DNA of 64,000 bases from a virus (IMGVR_UViG_3300045988_125590:1-64000), one strand, 5' to 3'. Positions 18,152 through 27,859 are shown, counted from the first letter of the stretch. Made by a program: numbers and translations. The notes: generated from the letters alone by a model not told the origin.

Positions 18152-18649
18152 TCACGCAAGAGATTTCTCATCTTGGTGCTCATTACCTTTAGATCTGTTT
18201 CGAGAGCGAAAATTATCAGTCCGACTATGACAATTAGGACAAAGAATTTGTAAATTTTCTATCCTATTATCAGTGCTATCCCCATTTATGTGATGTAATT
18301 CACATACTAGAGGTTTACCAAGCCATTCTGTAATTCCACATATTTCACACTTATTTTCTTTCAAACCTAATTTATACACCAAATTTTTAGCATTAGAACT
18401 ATTTAGTGAGCTATGTTCACATAGTTTTGCTAAATATTTACCTTTATAAACTGGGTTACTAGGATTTTTATTCCAAGCTTTTCCAGTAAAGTGTGAATAA
18501 TCTACTCCAAATTCATCCATCTTTTTTCTTAGTGTTTTAGGATTTGAACCTTCTGGAGCTAATCCTAAACGACGACATAACTCTGCAAAGGAATAACAAC
18601 CCTTCACATTTTCTTCTAATAATTCTTTTGTATATTTTATCCTTTTCAT
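18152..18649 (-). CDS. HNH homing-endonuclease-like protein
   Basis: CEICG...ELHHINGDSTDNRIENLQILCPNCH is a classic HNH / zinc-ribbon motif. Located within the tRNA array. Confidence 0.75.
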   Translation of the reverse strand: MKRIKYTKELLEENVKGCYSFAELCRRLGLAPEGSNPKTLRKKMDEFGVDYSHFTGKAWNKNPSNPVYKGKYLAKLCEHSSLNSSNAKNLVYKLGLKENKCEICGITEWLGKPLVCELHHINGDSTDNRIENLQILCPNCHSRTDNFRSRNRSKGNEHQDEKSLA

Positions 18650-18750
18650 GGGATAATAATATACAGAAATTTTCGTCTACCAAGAAATAGTAAGTTAATT
18701 TTCCTTAAAGTCTGTCGGGTCTACCAATTCCCCCATCGAGCCATCCTTTC

Positions 18751-18993
18751 TTAAAGAAGTTTGTAGGAAGTTTCTATAAATTTATCAATTAAGTCATCTC
18801 TGTAGAAACAATCTACACCATAATCAAATTGCACTTTTCTTGCAATTTTATACTTAGACTCAATATAATTAAATACCTTCTGTCCTTTTCTCCAACTATT
18901 TGGGAGGTCTTTAATATTTTTAAAAATATCTCCTCTAAATTCTTCGTATGTCATAATTATTATTTTCAAAATAGTCCTGTACGATTTGAGCAT
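18751..18993 (-). CDS. Hypothetical small protein
   Basis: 80-aa ORF. Confidence 0.3.
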   Translation of the reverse strand: MLKSYRTILKIIIMTYEEFRGDIFKNIKDLPNSWRKGQKVFNYIESKYKIARKVQFDYGVDCFYRDDLIDKFIETSYKLL

Positions 18994-19406
18994 TGTTAAG
19001 AGGCTTGACAGGAAATTAGTTAGTGTATAGAGAATCGAACTCTATTTGTGACCATCACACCACAGCAGCAGGAGTATTCTCCAATTGAGAATATCCTAGA
19101 ATTAATCTATTAACCTTTGTAACTAATGTAAGGAATTGTGCAGCTTGGAGTCCAGGCATATGTCTTAGCTGCCAAATTTAAGTACCATTTAATTGCTTTC
19201 TTAAGTGTCTTCATCATAATTAATTTTTGGTAAATAACTAGTTAATCTTAAGCACAGGGATTCAAGTATCCCCTCTCATACAACTCTGAGTACTTTCTAA
19301 AGTACCAACTCACAGCTCTCTTTACAAATTTAAACATAATAATTAATTTTTAAAAGTTAAACAACCGCTAAATTCTTATAATCTATAATTATGCAAGTTT
19401 AATTGT

Positions 19407-19479
19407 TCGGGTGTGTGGGAGTCGAACCCACTGTTTTCTGCTTATGAGACAGACGTGTAAGCCGTTTCACTCACCCCGG
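19407..19479 (-). tRNA. tRNA with anticodon CAT (Met or Ile2 type), acceptor with mismatches
   Basis: Anticodon stem tctgt/gcaga with loop ctcataa; T-arm gtggg-ttcgact-cccac; acceptor has 2 mismatches by eye. Confidence 0.45.
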
Positions 19480-19603
19480 ATGTTAAAAAGGTATCAGGCG
19501 ATTAGATAGACTCACGCAACGACTAATTCCTTACGAACAGTTCGCTATCTTTACGATTGGAGGGCATTGTCTAAATTAACCTTGTTTGCAGTTTCTATAC
19601 CTT

Positions 19604-19679
19604 GGTAGCGGAAGTAGGGCTTGAACCTACGACCTCAACATTATGAATGTTGCGCTCTAGCCAGCTGAGCTATTCCGCC
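19604..19679 (-). tRNA. tRNA with anticodon CAT (Met/Ile2), CCA encoded
   Basis: Acceptor ggcggaa/ttccgct (G1-U72); D gctc/gagc; anticodon stem caaca/tgttg with loop ttcataa; T-arm gtagg-ttcaagc-cctac; 3' ACCA. Confidence 0.7.
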
Positions 19680-19805
19680 ATCTCGTCTCTTCTTTATCGT
19701 GTAGAGACTTAGGAACACGTATAGCCCGAAAGCTATCCACACACGATTCTCACGAACAGTAGTACTGCCATTTGATTCAAACAGCGTCTATGATTATTTA
19801 TCACC

Positions 19806-19894
19806 TGGTGTTCCCTATGGGACTCGAACCCATGACCCTCGGATTAAAAGTCCGATGCTCTCAAGCCTTACGGAACCAACTGAGCTAAGGGAAC
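19806..19894 (-). tRNA. tRNA-Lys (anticodon TTT) with enlarged (~21-nt) D-loop, CCA encoded
   Basis: Acceptor gttccct/agggaac; anticodon stem tcgga/tccga with loop cttttaa; T-arm atggg-ttcgagt-cccat; D region gctc-agttggttccgtaaggcttga-gagc. Confidence 0.55.
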
Positions 19895-20225
19895 GAATGA
19901 CGTAGGAGTTTCTAGCTTTATTCTCAAACTACTAGAAGGTCTCCTACGTGTTACTCTTTATGAGCCTGGCATCAATTTGGGACGATGTTCAGTCCTCAGC
20001 ATTTTCTTGTTGAAAATCAACAAAAGTCACTAGTTTATGGATTACTAGAAACCTGAGAATGTGAAGGTACAAAACTCCAAGAGAGGAAACTTCGCTTCAA
20101 TGTTTTTACAGTAATTCTTTTCATTTTGAAGTGCACCGGTTTCTATAGGAAAGACAGAGCTCTTCTAGCCTAGGACTTATAGAAGGGCTAAGGAAATTAT
20201 CCAGTACCGACTGGAACTGTATTCA

Positions 20226-20498
20226 TTACTGACACTTATAAAGATTATACACCTCTACAAATGGTTCATCCATTAAGTTCTTATCCTTAGCATATTTAAG
20301 GATATCTCTTAAATCATTACCATTGTACCTTACAACACGGATGGTTTTTGATTCAAGAAGATCATTGGCAAGTGCAGCTGCTCGCATTGCATCACCAATT
20401 GTTTCATACTTTGTTGCTCTCTCCTTATCAGGAGTAATTACAAGTTCATCATTAAATACTCTGATGAACGTTCTGGAAGTTACTTGAACTATAAACAT
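20226..20498 (-). CDS. Hypothetical small protein
   Basis: 90-aa ORF. Confidence 0.3.
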   Translation of the reverse strand: MFIVQVTSRTFIRVFNDELVITPDKERATKYETIGDAMRAAALANDLLESKTIRVVRYNGNDLRDILKYAKDKNLMDEPFVEVYNLYKCQ

Positions 20499-20799
20499 AC
20501 TTATATACTTTTATTGTTAATAATGCGGGTAGTAAGAGACTCAAATTCCCGACACTGACGTTCATAGAATCGTTCTTTGGTCCAACTACCCATAAATTTA
20601 TTTAATTCTTCACAGTGAATTACTCTGTATGTGAATACAAGATACTTACGTTCTATAGACTGTAGAAACTCCTGATATGCTGCACAGCATCACATAACAA
20701 CAGAGCTATCTTGTATCATGCTTGAAATTACATACCCTATACGGAAAAGAGCGACTCGCTCCACCAATTAAGTATTTTTTTTTTTCATTATTGTTGTGA

Positions 20800-20885
20800 G
20801 TGTAGGAGTCGAACCTACTATCGTACGGATTATGAGACCGACATGATTTACAAATATCCGTTTCACTCCCTCACGATATATGTTG
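20800..20885 (-). ncRNA. tRNA-like element (T-arm gtagg-TTCGACT-cctac, CAT-type loop ctcataa present) that does not fold into a canonical cloverleaf by hand; possibly intron-containing or degenerate
   Basis: A long acggat...atccgt stem encloses ~25 nt. Confidence 0.3.
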
Positions 20886-21053
20886 TTTAAAGAATTTTCG
20901 GCGGAGGCAGATCCTTAAGTACCATCACCGGGGATAAATTTTATCAGTTTCTTCTAGTCTTCTACGTGCTATATTATGAGCAGCGCTACTTCTCCTTTCA
21001 ACGTTCCATGAACTAGAGTACTTCCTTAGGTACAGCCTCCATGTTTTAATATT

Positions 21054-21130
21054 TGGTGGGCCCAGAGAGGTATGATCTCCCGACCTTGTCATTATGAGTG
21101 ACCTGCTCTAACCAACTGAGCTATGAGCCC
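21054..21130 (-). tRNA. tRNA with anticodon CAT (third CAT tRNA), CCA encoded, unusual T-loop atcatac
   Basis: Acceptor gggctca/tgggccc; D gctc/gagc; anticodon loop ctcataa with a 27-43 G-A mismatch; 3' ACCA. Confidence 0.55.
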
Positions 21131-21436
21131 GTAAGCACATCTTTCGATGTGCGTGCCTTAGCATATTCCATCTAAGGGTTTAACTCTCTTTTAGAGATAC
21201 TTTGCCAAGTCGGGGATTAATCCATACACACAGTGTCGACTGAAGCAGTGTCCGCATTGAGGGTATCTACCTGAGCAGTATCAATACTGTCATTGTCAGC
21301 ATTAGCTGAGTTAGTAGAATTTCCGCATGAAGCAAACATTGCTCCAAACATCAGTGCAAATGCAAAAATTAACTTTTTCATTTTAATACAATTTAATTAA
21401 ACATTTAAATTATCTATGCTACATCCAAAAATTGTC

Positions 21437-21535
21437 AGGCTTAGAGATTCGAACTCCTTAGACTTATTCCCGTACGTCCTATTCGCCAATCTATCCCTCT
21501 ATAGAATGCGGTTCCCACACCGCAAGTCGCCTGTA
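21437..21535 (-). ncRNA. tRNA-like element with T-arm (ggag-TTCGAAT-ctct); ~99 nt; not resolved into a cloverleaf
   Basis: gagattcgaactcc on the plus strand; 5-of-7 acceptor pairing only. Confidence 0.25.
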
Positions 21536-21539
21536 ATTG

Positions 21540-21610
21540 TTGGACCACTCGGATTCGAACCGGGACTAACAGAATCAAAATCTGTTGTGCTACCATTACA
21601 CCATAGTCCA
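21540..21610 (-). tRNA. tRNA-Gln (anticodon TTG)
   Basis: Acceptor tggacta/tggtcca (U1-A72); D gtgt-aatggta-gcac; anticodon stem acaga/tctgt with loop ttttgat. Confidence 0.65.
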
Positions 21611-21719
21611 ATAAAGTAGAACTACCTTCACAGGCAATTCTACTAAAACAAAAACAAACAATAAAACAATGTTTGCGTTTTGTTATTGATTTGTGTCTTT
21701 TAATTGTTGATTTGAGAAG

Positions 21720-21803
21720 TGGGAGAGGAGAGACTCGAACTCCCAGTCCTGTTAGGGAACGGATTTACAGTCCGTGCGGCTACCAATTACCGGTTACTCT
21801 CCC
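21720..21803 (-). tRNA. tRNA-Tyr (anticodon GTA), type II
   Basis: Acceptor gggagag/ctctccc perfect; anticodon stem acgga/tccgt with loop ctgtaaa; long variable arm. Confidence 0.7.
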
Positions 21804-21942
21804 AAATGACTTAGTAAAGAACCCAAGTTTCCTTATTTAATCCTGACTAACTTAGTAGGGCAATGGGTTTGTCTCCTACCTTTAAAATCCAGTCTCTAAG
21901 TCTAAATAACCACCTTGGGTTAGACTAATGTATTGTTAACAG

Positions 21943-22015
21943 TGGGACAACGTGGTAACGATCCACGACCTTCGGATTTTCAGTCCGACGCTCAGACCAT
22001 CTAAGCTATTGTCCC
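21943..22015 (-). tRNA. tRNA-Phe (anticodon GAA)
   Basis: Acceptor gggacaa/ttgtccc perfect; anticodon stem tcgga/tccga with loop ctgaaaa; T-arm cgtgg-atcgtta-ccacg. Confidence 0.65.
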
Positions 22016-22081
22016 AATTTGCTAGAAAATCTATTCACATAGACTTCCTAGCTTGCATATCATGCCTACAAAACAAAGTGT

Positions 22082-22155
22082 CCACGGTACAGGACTCGAA
22101 CCTATAACCTAGAGTTTAGGAAACTCTCGCTCTATCCCAGTTGAGCTAACCGTGG
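22082..22155 (-). tRNA. tRNA-Arg (anticodon CCT)
   Basis: Acceptor ccacggt/accgtgg perfect; D gctc/gagc; anticodon stem agagt/actct with loop ttcctaa. Confidence 0.65.
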
Positions 22156-22225
22156 ATAAAAATGAACTCTATATTCACATACCGAGTTCATATATAGTAC
22201 ATAGTTAAAAAATAAATTAAATACT

Positions 22226-22300
22226 GTGGAGCCGATGGGGAACGATCCCACAACCTCCTGCTTGCAAAGCAGGTGCTCTAGCCAATTGAGCTACAGCCCC
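22226..22300 (-). tRNA. tRNA-Ala (anticodon TGC) with G3-U70
   Basis: Acceptor ggggctg/cggctcc including the G3-U70 Ala identity pair; anticodon stem cctgc/gcagg with loop tttgcaa. Confidence 0.7.
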
Positions 22301-22560
22301 AAAATGCTACTGAAAAAACACTCTGGTACAAACAGTAACTAGTCTTGTACTTCGACTTTGTTTTTTTTTTTAGGACTCAGTATTTTCTTACCTTTAATTG
22401 TAACTCTCTAAATTCATCTTTAGAAAGAACTTCTTTAAGAACCTCTAAAGAGATATAAGTATGAGAAGTATCTGGAAAATTCATCATAGGATATTCTGTC
22501 CAAATATTTCTCGTAATGTCATTAGTATAAATATATTTCTTCATCTCCTTATCTTATTAG

Positions 22561-22634
22561 CGCACCCTGCAGGACTCGAACCTGCGACCTTCTGATTAAC
22601 AGTCAGACGTTCTAACCAACTGAACTAAGGGTAC
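22561..22634 (-). tRNA. tRNA-Asn (anticodon GTT)
   Basis: D gttc-agttggtta-gaac; anticodon stem tctga/tcaga with loop ctgttaa; T-arm gcagg-ttcgagt-cctgc. Confidence 0.7.
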
Positions 22635-22827
22635 GAATCCACTATCGAGTTCCTCAAGCTCTTGTAATTGAATACAGATAGTGGTGGAAGGTTTCTAGAT
22701 TACCTTCTAACTGACTCTCTTTTGGCGTAGTCACATCCTTCTGTCATTATAGTGTACAGATAGCACTGAGGAACACAAAACCTGTATATAATAGGTCTTG
22801 AAACTAACTTCTAAATAAGAAGTAGTG

Positions 22828-22899
22828 TATCGCCAACCAGATTCGAACTGGTGTTGCAACATTGAAAATGTTGAGTCCTAACCACTAGACGATGGCGAT
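22828..22899 (-). tRNA. tRNA-Glu (anticodon TTC)
   Basis: Acceptor atcgcca/tggcgat perfect; anticodon stem caaca/tgttg with loop ttttcaa; T-arm accag-ttcgaat-ctggt. Confidence 0.65.
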
Positions 22900-23219
22900 A
22901 AAAGCAGAGTACAATATATATTTCCTGAAAATATGTAGGTAAGAAATTTATATAAAATTTGCTGTAAGTACTCTTGTTATAAATTTAAATTTATGAAGAA
23001 TATCAGAGGGCAGAACACCCTTGTACTTCCAAAGAGTTGCGGAACAAAATTGCTGTTAGTGTTCTTATATTTAACTAAACAAAAAATAGATTTCAAAATT
23101 ATCAGATGACGTTTTGGTTGTTTATTTACTTCGGGCAACCTCCGAATACCCAATTACCATAAAAATTGTGTTTAGAATAGATAATTTTTGCTGTGCGTCA
23201 TCTTGTTGGTGAAAAGAAG

Positions 23220-23292
23220 AGCGGGAAATGGGATTCAAACCCACGACCCTCTGCTTGGAAGGCAGATGCTCTAATCCCTGAGCTACTCCCGC
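23220..23292 (-). tRNA. tRNA-Gly (anticodon TCC)
   Basis: Acceptor gcgggag/ttcccgc; D gctc-agggatta-gagc; anticodon stem tctgc/gcaga with loop cttccaa; T-loop tttgaat. Confidence 0.7.
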
Positions 23293-23440
23293 ATAAAATT
23301 GAACTTTTTGTTCTCCCTTGTAAAATTGTATAGCAAAGATAGTATCTACAAAGAAAATTGCAAAATCAAATACTGTTAAAATTTGTAAATTGATCTAAAT
23401 CAAGTCTTCCTCATAAATACTATCTCAACCCAATAAAAGA

Positions 23441-23875
23441 TTATATATCAAGACATATCTTTTGGACACTGAGTACAACATCCATACCATTCTCTCTTAA
23501 GAGTTTGATTGCCGCTTGTATATCAGGTCTTTTAAGTACATCCTTACGTCTCTTCTTATCATACCATTTATTATAATAGGTATTCACTTTCTTTTGGTAT
23601 TCCTTATAAATCTCACTAAGCTTATGAAAATGAATAGGCTTATTAGGACTATTAAAGCAATACAAGTCGTCTCCAATTTGCTTTACAAGTCCTGAGTGAG
23701 AAAATACCTTCCAAAATACTAGATTTGATGGTATTCCACAACTCTTGAATCCTTCTCGGATTGTATCACTTGTAAAAGGAGTTTTAGCTAGCTGATGGCG
23801 CAATGTATTTAATCCTACAATATGTACCTCAGCATCAAACTTTCTAGCCATTGATATTCTCCTTGTAAAGTCCAC
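23441..23875 (-). CDS. Hypothetical protein
   Basis: 144-aa ORF. Confidence 0.4.
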   Translation of the reverse strand: MDFTRRISMARKFDAEVHIVGLNTLRHQLAKTPFTSDTIREGFKSCGIPSNLVFWKVFSHSGLVKQIGDDLYCFNSPNKPIHFHKLSEIYKEYQKKVNTYYNKWYDKKRRKDVLKRPDIQAAIKLLRENGMDVVLSVQKICLDI

Positions 23876-24098
23876 GCATCTCCTCTACTAAGTCTGAGCA
23901 CCAATCCATAGTGCGACCGTGATACTTGGAGAATAAATCCACGCCACGGAAAGTTCTAGGCTGGATGTCATGAATCTGGTTGTTCTTGTCAATTGTAAGC
24001 TCCAATTCAAATGGGAGATTTACAACAGCCTTCTGCTGATTCTGACCAACCTGTGCATCTTTGTTTGTAGTGATAATAGCTTTAAAATTCTTTAACAT
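23844..24098 (-). CDS. Hypothetical small protein
   Basis: 84-aa ORF overlapping the start of the previous ORF by 32 nt. Confidence 0.3.
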   Translation of the reverse strand: MLKNFKAIITTNKDAQVGQNQQKAVVNLPFELELTIDKNNQIHDIQPRTFRGVDLFSKYHGRTMDWCSDLVEEMRGLYKENING

Positions 24099-24214
24099 AG
24101 AATTTCCCCTCCCTAGCGAGGATTTGTTACGTCTAGGAAAAATTACAGTCTTTGACTGTCAGTCAGTATAATTTTTCAAGCGGAGCTACTATTATTCACT
24201 CAAAACTATACAAA

Positions 24215-24300
24215 ACTAGAAATGTGTTCCCTCTCTAGGTATCGAACCTAGTAACTATCTCTTCTATAGCCTACAGATAAGAAAGTTAACAGCTATACTT
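24215..24300 (-). ncRNA. Possible tRNA-like element (T-arm ctagg-TTCGATA-cctag) without resolvable cloverleaf
   Basis: ggtatcgaacctag on the plus strand. Confidence 0.2.
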
Positions 24301-24568
24301 GGTGGACTAGGCATTTTTACTTTCTTTTAAGGAGATGTTATCCTATTTTAGAGGGAATTGTGGGAACCATACGAATCGAACGTATTTAGGTTACTTGATG
24401 TATTCAATTCTACTATAGTATAATTAAATTATAGCTAGTTCGGAAATTTAACCTGTTAAGTTACCTTTTCACCCTATCACCTGTCCTATATATTCGCGAC
24501 TATACAGGTAGCTCCCAGTCCACCTTTTCATTTAATTGAGAGGTGTAACTCAATTCTCTTAGGATTGC

Positions 24569-24871
24569 CTACTTTTCCTCATCCATTTTCTTAATGGCTT
24601 CTTCGGAAAGTTTCCCTGCATTTTCTTCGGAAGGATTCTTCGTTTCTCTCATCTTCTTTTTAATTTCAGAAGCTTTAGAAAGAACTTGTCTCATTTGTGC
24701 ATTAATTGCAACATGTCCTGCCAAAACTGAAGCAAGAACCATAGCCTGTACTTCTTCAGGAAGCTCTTTAATACTTTCTTTAAAGATATGGTCCCCGCAA
24801 CTAAATCCCATTGCTACAGCTGAGGTTGCTTTGTTTACAACTTCAAAACTGTACATTTTCTTTTTCTCCAT
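24569..24871 (-). CDS. Hypothetical protein
   Basis: 100-aa ORF preceded (minus sense) by an A-rich leader. Confidence 0.4.
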   Translation of the reverse strand: MEKKKMYSFEVVNKATSAVAMGFSCGDHIFKESIKELPEEVQAMVLASVLAGHVAINAQMRQVLSKASEIKKKMRETKNPSEENAGKLSEEAIKKMDEEK

Positions 24872-24950
24872 TGCTTTTTTTTTTAGTTAACTAATTAAAG
24901 ATATAGCCTACTATTCTTTAGCTATACCAAATTTCTGGATAATCTGTCAT

Positions 24951-25148
24951 TTAATTTACCTGATTTAATGTGATTACTATTTCATGTTCTTCTTTTGGAT
25001 TAGTACTAAAGTGCCAGCATAAATCTGATACTCTATACATGCTTCCATCTACATATACTAGGTCTCCTTTAACTGGAGTTGTAGGTATAGAAAGAAGAAC
25101 AGCATTCGGACTATTCTCCTTATAAAGTATGAAGGTTGCTTTTATCAT
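24951..25148 (-). CDS. Hypothetical small protein
   Basis: 65-aa ORF. Confidence 0.3.
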   Translation of the reverse strand: MIKATFILYKENSPNAVLLSIPTTPVKGDLVYVDGSMYRVSDLCWHFSTNPKEEHEIVITLNQVN

Positions 25149-25384
25149 AATACTATGATTACTATCTCAACCTCTACAACTTTAGGGAGCTGAACATAAG
25201 ACTTATCAATTGCCTGAAGAAGCATTGATGCAATCTGTGCTGCTTCATTTTCTCCGGACTTCTGAGCATCAATTGCAATATTACTTACAAAGTCCACTGC
25301 TTCCTTCTTAGAGAGGGTTCCGAGTACTGATTCTCCATCTGAGAAGAACTCTATTCCGTTTGAACATGCAAAAATCTTTTTCAT
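25145..25384 (-). CDS. Hypothetical small protein
   Basis: 79-aa ORF, 4-bp overlap with the downstream ORF. Confidence 0.3.
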   Translation of the reverse strand: MKKIFACSNGIEFFSDGESVLGTLSKKEAVDFVSNIAIDAQKSGENEAAQIASMLLQAIDKSYVQLPKVVEVEIVIIVL

Positions 25385-25417
25385 TTCTTTTTGTTTTTAT
25401 TGTTAATAACTGGAGAC

Positions 25418-25497
25418 TATCTGGGAGTCGAACCCAGGTGACTTAGCCAAGGCACAGTATCCTAACCGTTAGATGAATAGTCTCTTATAAATGAATG
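25418..25497 (-). pseudogene. tRNA-like with good acceptor (agactat/atagtct), D and T arms but non-pairing anticodon arm
   Basis: T-arm ctggg-ttcgact-cccag. The 21 nt between D and T arms (actgtgccttggctaagtcac) cannot form a 5-bp stem. Confidence 0.35.
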
Positions 25498-25510
25498 GAC
25501 ACAAGAAATT

Positions 25511-25999
25511 CTAATAGCCTAAACTTTTATAATAAGGATAATTGTTTCTTGCTTTGTTGAACATAGTACGGATGTTAGAACTTAGAAGTTTTCTGTATTG
25601 GTCGACAATCATCTCATAAAGACTGAGATTTTCATCTATTCCGAATCCATTACATCCATACTTATCCTCCTTACGCTCCTCCCAGAATGAAATCGGCTTG
25701 GTTACAAGTCCCCATATTCCTCCCAAATAAATTTGATCAGGAGTCATACTTGGAATATCTAGTGTTCTAAATACTCCATAAGGACAAGGTCCAATATTCG
25801 AGTTCTGGAATCCAGTTCCCCATGCATCCTTATGAATATTCATAAGAGTGATGAGTGTGTTAGGTCCCTCAATTTTGTCAAGGAATCTCTGTCCTTCTAA
25901 ACACTGCTTAGTGTAGATAGACATTTGCTTAACGTTCTCTTGAACTTCAGCTTTATGGAACAATCTGTTCCAAATATTATTCTTTCTCATGATTATCAT
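25511..25999 (-). CDS. Hypothetical protein
   Basis: 162-aa ORF. Confidence 0.4.
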   Translation of the reverse strand: MIIMRKNNIWNRLFHKAEVQENVKQMSIYTKQCLEGQRFLDKIEGPNTLITLMNIHKDAWGTGFQNSNIGPCPYGVFRTLDIPSMTPDQIYLGGIWGLVTKPISFWEERKEDKYGCNGFGIDENLSLYEMIVDQYRKLLSSNIRTMFNKARNNYPYYKSLGY

Positions 26000-26192
26000 T
26001 CTAGTTATCGCTATCCAAATTTAGAATTAACAGCCAGATAATTATGCAAGCTGTAAACACTATTGTTGTGATGGCATTATGCCATATAAAGACACTAGCC
26101 CATGCTAAAATGCACAAGCATGCTAAAATGATTATCTTAAGAATTTCTGCTATTCTTCTCATATTCTTTTCACCTTTTATAAGTTAGAATGC

Positions 26193-26384
26193 TTAGTGCA
26201 CTCTCACTTTGATTATTTTCTTTACTATTCCATTACTGTTCATTGTCTTGAGGATTTGTCTTTCCATTTCCTCTTTGAACATACCTCTCTTTGCTGTTCG
26301 AAACTGATAAGAGATAACAGTTTTCTCCCCATCTACATTTGTAAGGGTAGCGAGAATTTTAATGTCTGATGTGATAAATAACAT
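26193..26384 (-). CDS. Hypothetical small protein
   Basis: 63-aa ORF. Confidence 0.25.
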   Translation of the reverse strand: MLFITSDIKILATLTNVDGEKTVISYQFRTAKRGMFKEEMERQILKTMNSNGIVKKIIKVRVH

Positions 26385-26386
26385 AA

Positions 26387-26578
26387 TTATTTTGTTTTAT
26401 AAATTGATTTAAAAAATTCATGTACAAACTCCAAATAGAAGCTTTCAACCCCCTTGTAATTTTCCTCAGTCATTTCATTGACTGTACACCAATAGTTATT
26501 TGCCCTTGAGGCAGTAATACAATTGTTTGCTTCATCATAAATGATTTCAAGCATTTTTAACATATTTTCCTTTTTCAT
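26387..26578 (-). CDS. Hypothetical small protein
   Basis: 63-aa ORF. Confidence 0.25.
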   Translation of the reverse strand: MKKENMLKMLEIIYDEANNCITASRANNYWCTVNEMTEENYKGVESFYLEFVHEFFKSIYKTK

Positions 26579-26653
26579 ATCTACTTTGTTTTGTTTGCTC
26601 TCACTCTGAGTTCTAACCTCAGTACAATAGTTTTATTTAAGTGAGAATTATCT

Positions 26654-26989
26654 TTAGTCCATATGAATAGAGTTGATATAAATATCATAGTGTACCATTG
26701 GTCCAAATGTATATGCACATTTAAAATAACCTGCATAGATCCAACAATCACCAGTTTTCTCATTTCTTTTAATTTCTGGTAATTCTATTTTGAATCCTCT
26801 ATAGTCCTTATTGTGATACTCTTGTTCAACTTCATTCTTAATTGCCTCAATTGCCTCTTCTGGAGTATTGAAGAGTTTATGAGTAGACTTGAGATTTGGT
26901 TTCTCTGTATAGTTATTTCCTTCTAAGGAATAAACTACGAATACTGTATACTTTTTCATTTTTCTTACTTTGTTTTGTTTCACAGACAC
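26654..26989 (-). CDS. Hypothetical protein
   Basis: 111-aa ORF. Confidence 0.35.
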   Translation of the reverse strand: MSVKQNKVRKMKKYTVFVVYSLEGNNYTEKPNLKSTHKLFNTPEEAIEAIKNEVEQEYHNKDYRGFKIELPEIKRNEKTGDCWIYAGYFKCAYTFGPMVHYDIYINSIHMD

Positions 26990-27648
26990 AGAGCCATTAT
27001 TAATACTATCCAGTGATTAATAGTTTCTCTCTGTGTTTCGTCCAGTCTCATCAGTGTGAATTTTATAGTCTCCTGGCTGACTTATAAGTGTGTAAGGGTC
27101 TCTCTTACACTTTTAAGTACTAATATCATCATTATAGTTTCTATATGAGCACCCATATCCATTATAATAACGATTTCAACTATCTCTTACTCCTTCGTCA
27201 CGGGAAGCCTCTCTTTAAGCACCGAGGATATCGCTTTCTAAAATGTAGAGTCCTTTATCACTTACTATCTCCTCTACTAATTTTCATTCGGTATTTGTGA
27301 ATAACCGTTAGAACACATCCTGTTAATAACTCTTCTTTATGAAGAGAGAAAAAATCATCTGTTCTGCTGATGTTTTTTACTTTTTAGCTTAAGTTTAAAT
27401 TGTCATAAATTTTTTAGTTTAACCTATAATACTAAAAAGGTTTACTTATTAAATTTTTGTCGACTTTTATATAATCCCAATAATGGGAAAATTTTTAAAC
27501 TTTTGAATTTTGAGGATTTGATGGCGTACATGTGTGTGCTCTCGTTTACATCATTTCTCCTCTCTTAAAAAACATCACCAATTAAAGCAAACTTACTATC
27601 ACTATGAGAATATAACCAATCAAGAGCAATAGAATGAGAAAGAGAATT

Positions 27649-27855
27649 TTACTTCTCCTTCTCTTCCATTACTCTTAAAAGGTCATACTTGAATCCAAGA
27701 CGCTTCACTAAGAAGTAACCATTACACTTTCTCTTAGAATCCTTAGTTAGCCATAGAGTTTTGTTATCAGTTACAATATGGTCATTAACTAAATATCCTT
27801 TTACAGTTTCATAGCGCATACACTTACACCAAAACAAAGGGGCATAAAGCCCCAA
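27649..27855 (-). CDS. Hypothetical small protein
   Basis: 68-aa ORF. Confidence 0.3.
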   Translation of the reverse strand: MGLYAPLFWCKCMRYETVKGYLVNDHIVTDNKTLWLTKDSKRKCNGYFLVKRLGFKYDLLRVMEEKEK

Positions 27856-27859
27856 TGTT

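Noticed and set aside
19030-19100. T-arm-like motif agagaatcgaactctat as another tRNA
   Set aside because: No acceptor pairing and no cloverleaf elements around it. Flanks form unrelated hairpins. Probably fortuitous, or a very degraded remnant.
9098-21619. ORFs 9098..9385 (+), 17869..18051 (+), 21416..21619 (+) and the N-terminal parts of 16716..17213 and 14603..14875
   Set aside because: They overlap well-folded tRNA or tRNA-like sequences (translations contain tRNA-derived strings such as EIRTHG or GFEPG). Treated as spurious or trimmed.
21054-22300. Apparent A54 instead of T54 in the T-loops of tRNA-Phe, tRNA-Ala and one tRNA-CAT (loops atcgtta, atcgttc, atcatac)
   Set aside because: This could be a real phage-tRNA peculiarity, but it may equally come from my hand registration of the T-stem. 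Not asserted without software folding.
24355-24400. T-arm-like motif atacgaatcgaacgtat as a tRNA
   Set aside because: Only the T-arm is recognisable. No complementary 5' acceptor within 100 nt.
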